From Octopus sinensis (lineage: Eukaryota), in the NCBI RefSeq assembly GCF_006345805.1, contig NC_043006.1, forward strand, positions 53,754,001 to 53,818,000: a stretch of 64,000 nt of DNA. The letters run 5' to 3'. Under the pieces are notes generated by a model that ran no database searches, was not told the DNA's origin, and saw only the letters and a program-made list of their open reading frames with translations. Both the position numbers and the translations under genes were made by a program. Below are positions 60,202 through 64,000 of this stretch, in pieces (positions within the stretch are counted from its first letter, which is position 1; every line of letters begins with the position of its first letter).

Positions 60202-62415
60202 GCACGTCAAGTTACTCCTCTTCCCTTTCTACTTATCGTGCATTCTTTGTGAAAGATCTGGTGTGAAGAAATTTTTCATGGTTGACACCGGTTCTTGTGG
60301 CATTTGGCCTCTTCATCTCACTACAGACAAGCCTAAGCGTTCTTCCATTGTTTTGCACACTATCCCATTGCTATTTTCGGTCAGGTTTCTTTACACCTGG
60401 ATATTAATCTTCATCGAGATTTTCAATGGGTTTTTGTCATTGCGGACATACTGCATCCTATTCTGGGAGCTGATTTTTTTAACCACTTTAATCTGTTGGT
60501 AGATGTCAGGCAACAGAGGCTTGTTGACGGTTCTACGTCGCTCTCTACGCCAACTAGAGGTTTTGCCAATGTAGTTCTTAGCCCGGCATTTTTTGTTCCC
60601 ACTTCTGGAGATACTTTTCATTCTCTTTTGGCTTCTTTTCCAGAACTAGTTGACATTACTTTTCAGCTGGCAAAGCCTGCGCACTCGACCTTCCATTTTC
60701 TTACCACTACTGGGCCGCCTGTTTTTTCACATCCACAACGTCTTGCACCTGACCATTTCAAAACGGCTAGGGCCAAGTTTGAGCACAGGCTCCAACTTGG
60801 CCTGATACGCCCCTCCACCAGCCCTTGGGCATCTCCCCTTCATTTGGCATGTAAAGGAGATTGTGATTTTCGCCCAATGGGAGATTATAGGCATCTTAAT
60901 GCAGTAATGGTACCTGATGGATATCCTATAAGGAATCTTCAGGATTTTTCAGCAAATCTTCATGGCTGTACCATCTTTTCAAAAGTTGACCTCATTCATG
61001 CCTATCATCAGATACCAGTCAACCCAGCCAATGTTCCGAAAACTGCCATTACCACTCCTTTTGGTTGTTTTCAGTTTCTATATATGAGATTTGGTTTGCG
61101 GAACGCTACAAGTGCGTTCCAGCATTTCATTGATGAAGTTGTCCATGGTCTTGATTTTGTGTTTGCTTATGTTGATGACATACTCATTGCAAGTGACACA
61201 CGTGAGAATCATCTCTGGCACTTGTCTCAGCATCTTCGCACCTATGGTGTGCGCATTAATCCCAACAAGTGTGTTTTCAGGCAACCTTCTCTTGACATTT
61301 TAGGCCATCATATTAATTCGAGTGGCATCAAACCTCTCTTGTCCAAATTCGATGCAATTCAACGCATCACACCTCCTTCTTCCTTGCGTTAGTTGATTGA
61401 GGCATTATCTCAGCATGGTGAATTTCTATCGACGTTTTATACTTGTTTGTGCAGATAAGCTACTTCCTCTGACCCAGCTACTAAAGAACACTTCTAAAAA
61501 GGACGGTCAAATCACCCTCTCAGCTGAAGCATTATCTGCCTTCGGGTCAATCAAGAAGGAAATAGCTTCTGTCCCTTTGCTTGTGCGTTCGGTTCCCGAT
61601 GCTTCTCTCTCATTAACTGTGGATGCATCGGACACTGCGATTGGCGCTGTGCTGCAACACACAGTGGACGACCAAACTCGACCTCTGGCTTTCTTTTCTC
61701 AACAATTACAACCAGCTGAGAGGAGATACGGCACCTTTGATCGCGAGCTCTTGGTGATCTACCTGTCAGTTCGGCATTTTCAACATCAACTCGAAGGTCG
61801 AGATTTTGTGATCTATACTGATCACAAGCCTCTTATGTTTGCATCTAAGATGAACAAACTCTTGCCTCGTGCTTTCCGTCACTTGGATTTTATTTCACAG
61901 CTTACCAGTGACATTTGTCACATACCTGGGAAAGAGAATGTTCCTGCTGACGCTCTTTCTCATCTTCCAGTCTGTTCTCTCTCATCTCCTGCTGCAATCG
62001 ATTTGACTGCCATCTTGCAGGACCAACCAGCCTTAGCGAAGTTAGATTTAACTTCACCCAAGTTCTCCTGTTGTCAATTTGCCTATCTTCCGCTTCCGTC
62101 GGCTAAAGGCACTATTCTTTGTGATATCTCTACTGGTTCTCCCAGGCCACTCATGCCTGAGAATCACTAATACTCAGTGTTTGAGGCCCTGCAGTCCTTG
62201 TCGATTCAGGCATCACTGCTTGTTTTTTCTGGCCAAATATGCATTGCACAATTACTTCTTGGACACATACTTGTTCCAAGTGCCAACGTTCCAAGATCCA
62301 ACAGCACATTCATGCTCTGCTTGGATAGTTTTCTCCTCCAGAGGCCTGTTTTCGCCATGTCCACATTGATCTGGTTGGACCATGGCCTGTGAGTTGCAGG
62401 TTCTCTTATATCTTG
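60200..62415 (+). pseudogene. Pol (protease, RT, RNase H, integrase N-terminus), frameshifted
   Basis: FMVDTGS; SPWASPL, DYRHLN, AYHQIP, TAITTPFG, YVDD; DAS...IGAVL, DRELL, YTDHKPL, ADALS; HVHIDLVGP. Confidence 0.92.
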
Positions 62416-62418
62416 CTT

Positions 62419-62816
62419 CATCCACACATGCGCAGGGATTAGAGCCTTCCGGAAGCCCCTTATGCGCATGCGCAGTCATCAGCAGCAGCTAGGCTTGACC
62501 ACCATTCTCTCTCTCTTTACCCCTGCTGCCAACCAAGCCAGATGTGACTTGACCAGCTCCGCGTGACTGGAATTCTGAAGGCGATCCACGACTTCGGCAA
62601 ATCTGTGAAGAATGCCTTCACAATTGTGATTAAACCCACATTGCTGTTTCCACACCAAGGCAACCTGGCTACCGATTGTCCATAGATGCAACGCTTGTAC
62701 AGACTGAAAAATAAATATTGTTATTTGTTCGGAGATTTTTGTTCCCGCTATTTTCCTTACCACAACTATGTAAGGAATTGTGAGGCGTCCATCCAGCGCC
62801 AACCTCACTTCCTACA
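62419..62816 (+). repeat. 3' LTR (5' ~40 bp, PPT and integrase core deleted)
   Basis: Directly abuts integrase sequence just after IDLVGP; contains AATAAA and ends CTACA. Confidence 0.85.
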
Positions 62817-63184
62817 GACACAACACACTACCAGGAATTGAACTCACAATTTTATGATCATGAGCCAATTAATCTAACTATTAAGCCACACACCTTCGTC
62901 AATGTGAATAAAAGGACCTCACAAACTCCACATCTCTACTTGCTTGTCAGCTTCTTTATCAAGTGTGAATCATGAATGATTAAGGCACTGAACATAGTGA
63001 CAAGTGAGATGTGTGTGATAATAGTTCTCAACATTCTGAAATTGGCCTTGACAAAGTATTGAAGGCCAATTTCAAAATACTGAGCCTTATGAAGGTGATG
63101 ACTAAGGACTGAGATATCTGGCACACTGTTGTACTCAACAAGACCTATGCACCACAACAGAATTGATACTGGTGCTGATGCCAC

Positions 63185-63350
63185 TTAAAAAGCATCCAGT
63201 ACACTCTGTGGATTGGTTGGCATTAGGAAGGGCATCCAGCTGTAAAAACCATGCCAGAACAAACGATGGAGCTTGATGCAGCTCCTGGCCTTACCAGCTC
63301 CAGTCAAATCATCCGACCCATACCATCATGGAAAACAGATGTTAAATGAT
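63185..63350 (+). mobile_element. RTE 3' tail
   Basis: TTGGCATTAGGAAGGGCATCCAGCTG...CAGATGTTAAATGATGA. Confidence 0.8.
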
Positions 63351-64000
63351 GAGGTATGTATTGTCAAGGCCCTGTGATTGAGACAGCAGGACAATGACAG
63401 AAATTTGTGTGACCCAGAAGATAGCGATGACAAAGACCCAGGATATGTAGTGGGTAAACAGCAAGAGTATAATGGAAGAGTGATTACAGTAGAGGATGGA
63501 GAGTGAAGGTAGGGTGTACTGGATACAAGTGTTGCAACCAATTCACAAGCTTCAAGGTGAGCCAGAGAGGTCAAGTGATGATGGTGGAGGCAGGGAGAAT
63601 GGAAGTTAAGTGAGATCCTGTATCAGGAAAGAGCATTGGATAGATAGATAGATAACATGTGGTGGTATTTTTAGTTACACTGGATGCGTAGCACAGTAAT
63701 ACTGAGAAAAGGAAAGAGTGATTGAGAGATGAGTAACAGATATGGGTGGAAGGATGCTGTGTATGACCAACAGAAGATGAAGAATAAAGGTTTGGGTGGG
63801 AAAAACAAGTGAAATAAAGGTATCAGTAAAAGAGACATGGGCGACAGTGATATGAGCAATAAACAAATGAGTAATCAGGATGTGGTTCAAGTGACATGAG
63901 ATAAGTGTCAAGCCATACATGGACAAGAAGCTATCAAAAAGGCAAGTGATGCCAACTTGGCAGCTGATACATAGGCAAAATCAAACAATGAAAGACATAA

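Larger units (their letters stand above)
58474..62816 (+). mobile_element. Ty3/Gypsy LTR retrotransposon (CsRn1 lineage), defective
   Basis: Termini TGTAG...CTACA, 4-bp TSD GACA, direct repeats 58512-58910 and 62419-62810. Domain order gag-PR-RT-RH-partial IN. It splits a SINE. Confidence 0.92.

Overview
AT-rich, microsatellite-dense animal genomic DNA, not prokaryotic. The repeat families resemble those of an octopod cephalopod; this is an inference from recalled SINE and RTE families, not a database hit. One host gene is reconstructable: a + strand CLCC1/MCLC-family ER chloride channel-like gene. It has a putative 5' UTR exon near 30.2-30.3 kb and seven coding exons (33270-52150, 381 aa), and all six coding introns are phase 0. 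The rest is mostly transposon-derived. Retroelements: a Penelope-like element with an inverted 3' end, R4/Dong, CR1 and RTE LINE fragments (the RTE carries a PHD-type finger), a CsRn1-lineage Gypsy element and several SINE families. DNA elements: mariner/Tc1 elements, a hAT fragment, MULE-type MITEs with 9-bp TSDs and modular Helitrons. The most striking unannotated signal is six type I hammerhead-ribozyme-like motifs of different sequence, most with a self-complementary stem III. One sits in a ~159-bp insertion with a 12-bp target-site duplication. Most short ORFs in the supplied track are microsatellite artefacts. Repeat boundaries are approximate unless termini or TSDs are quoted.
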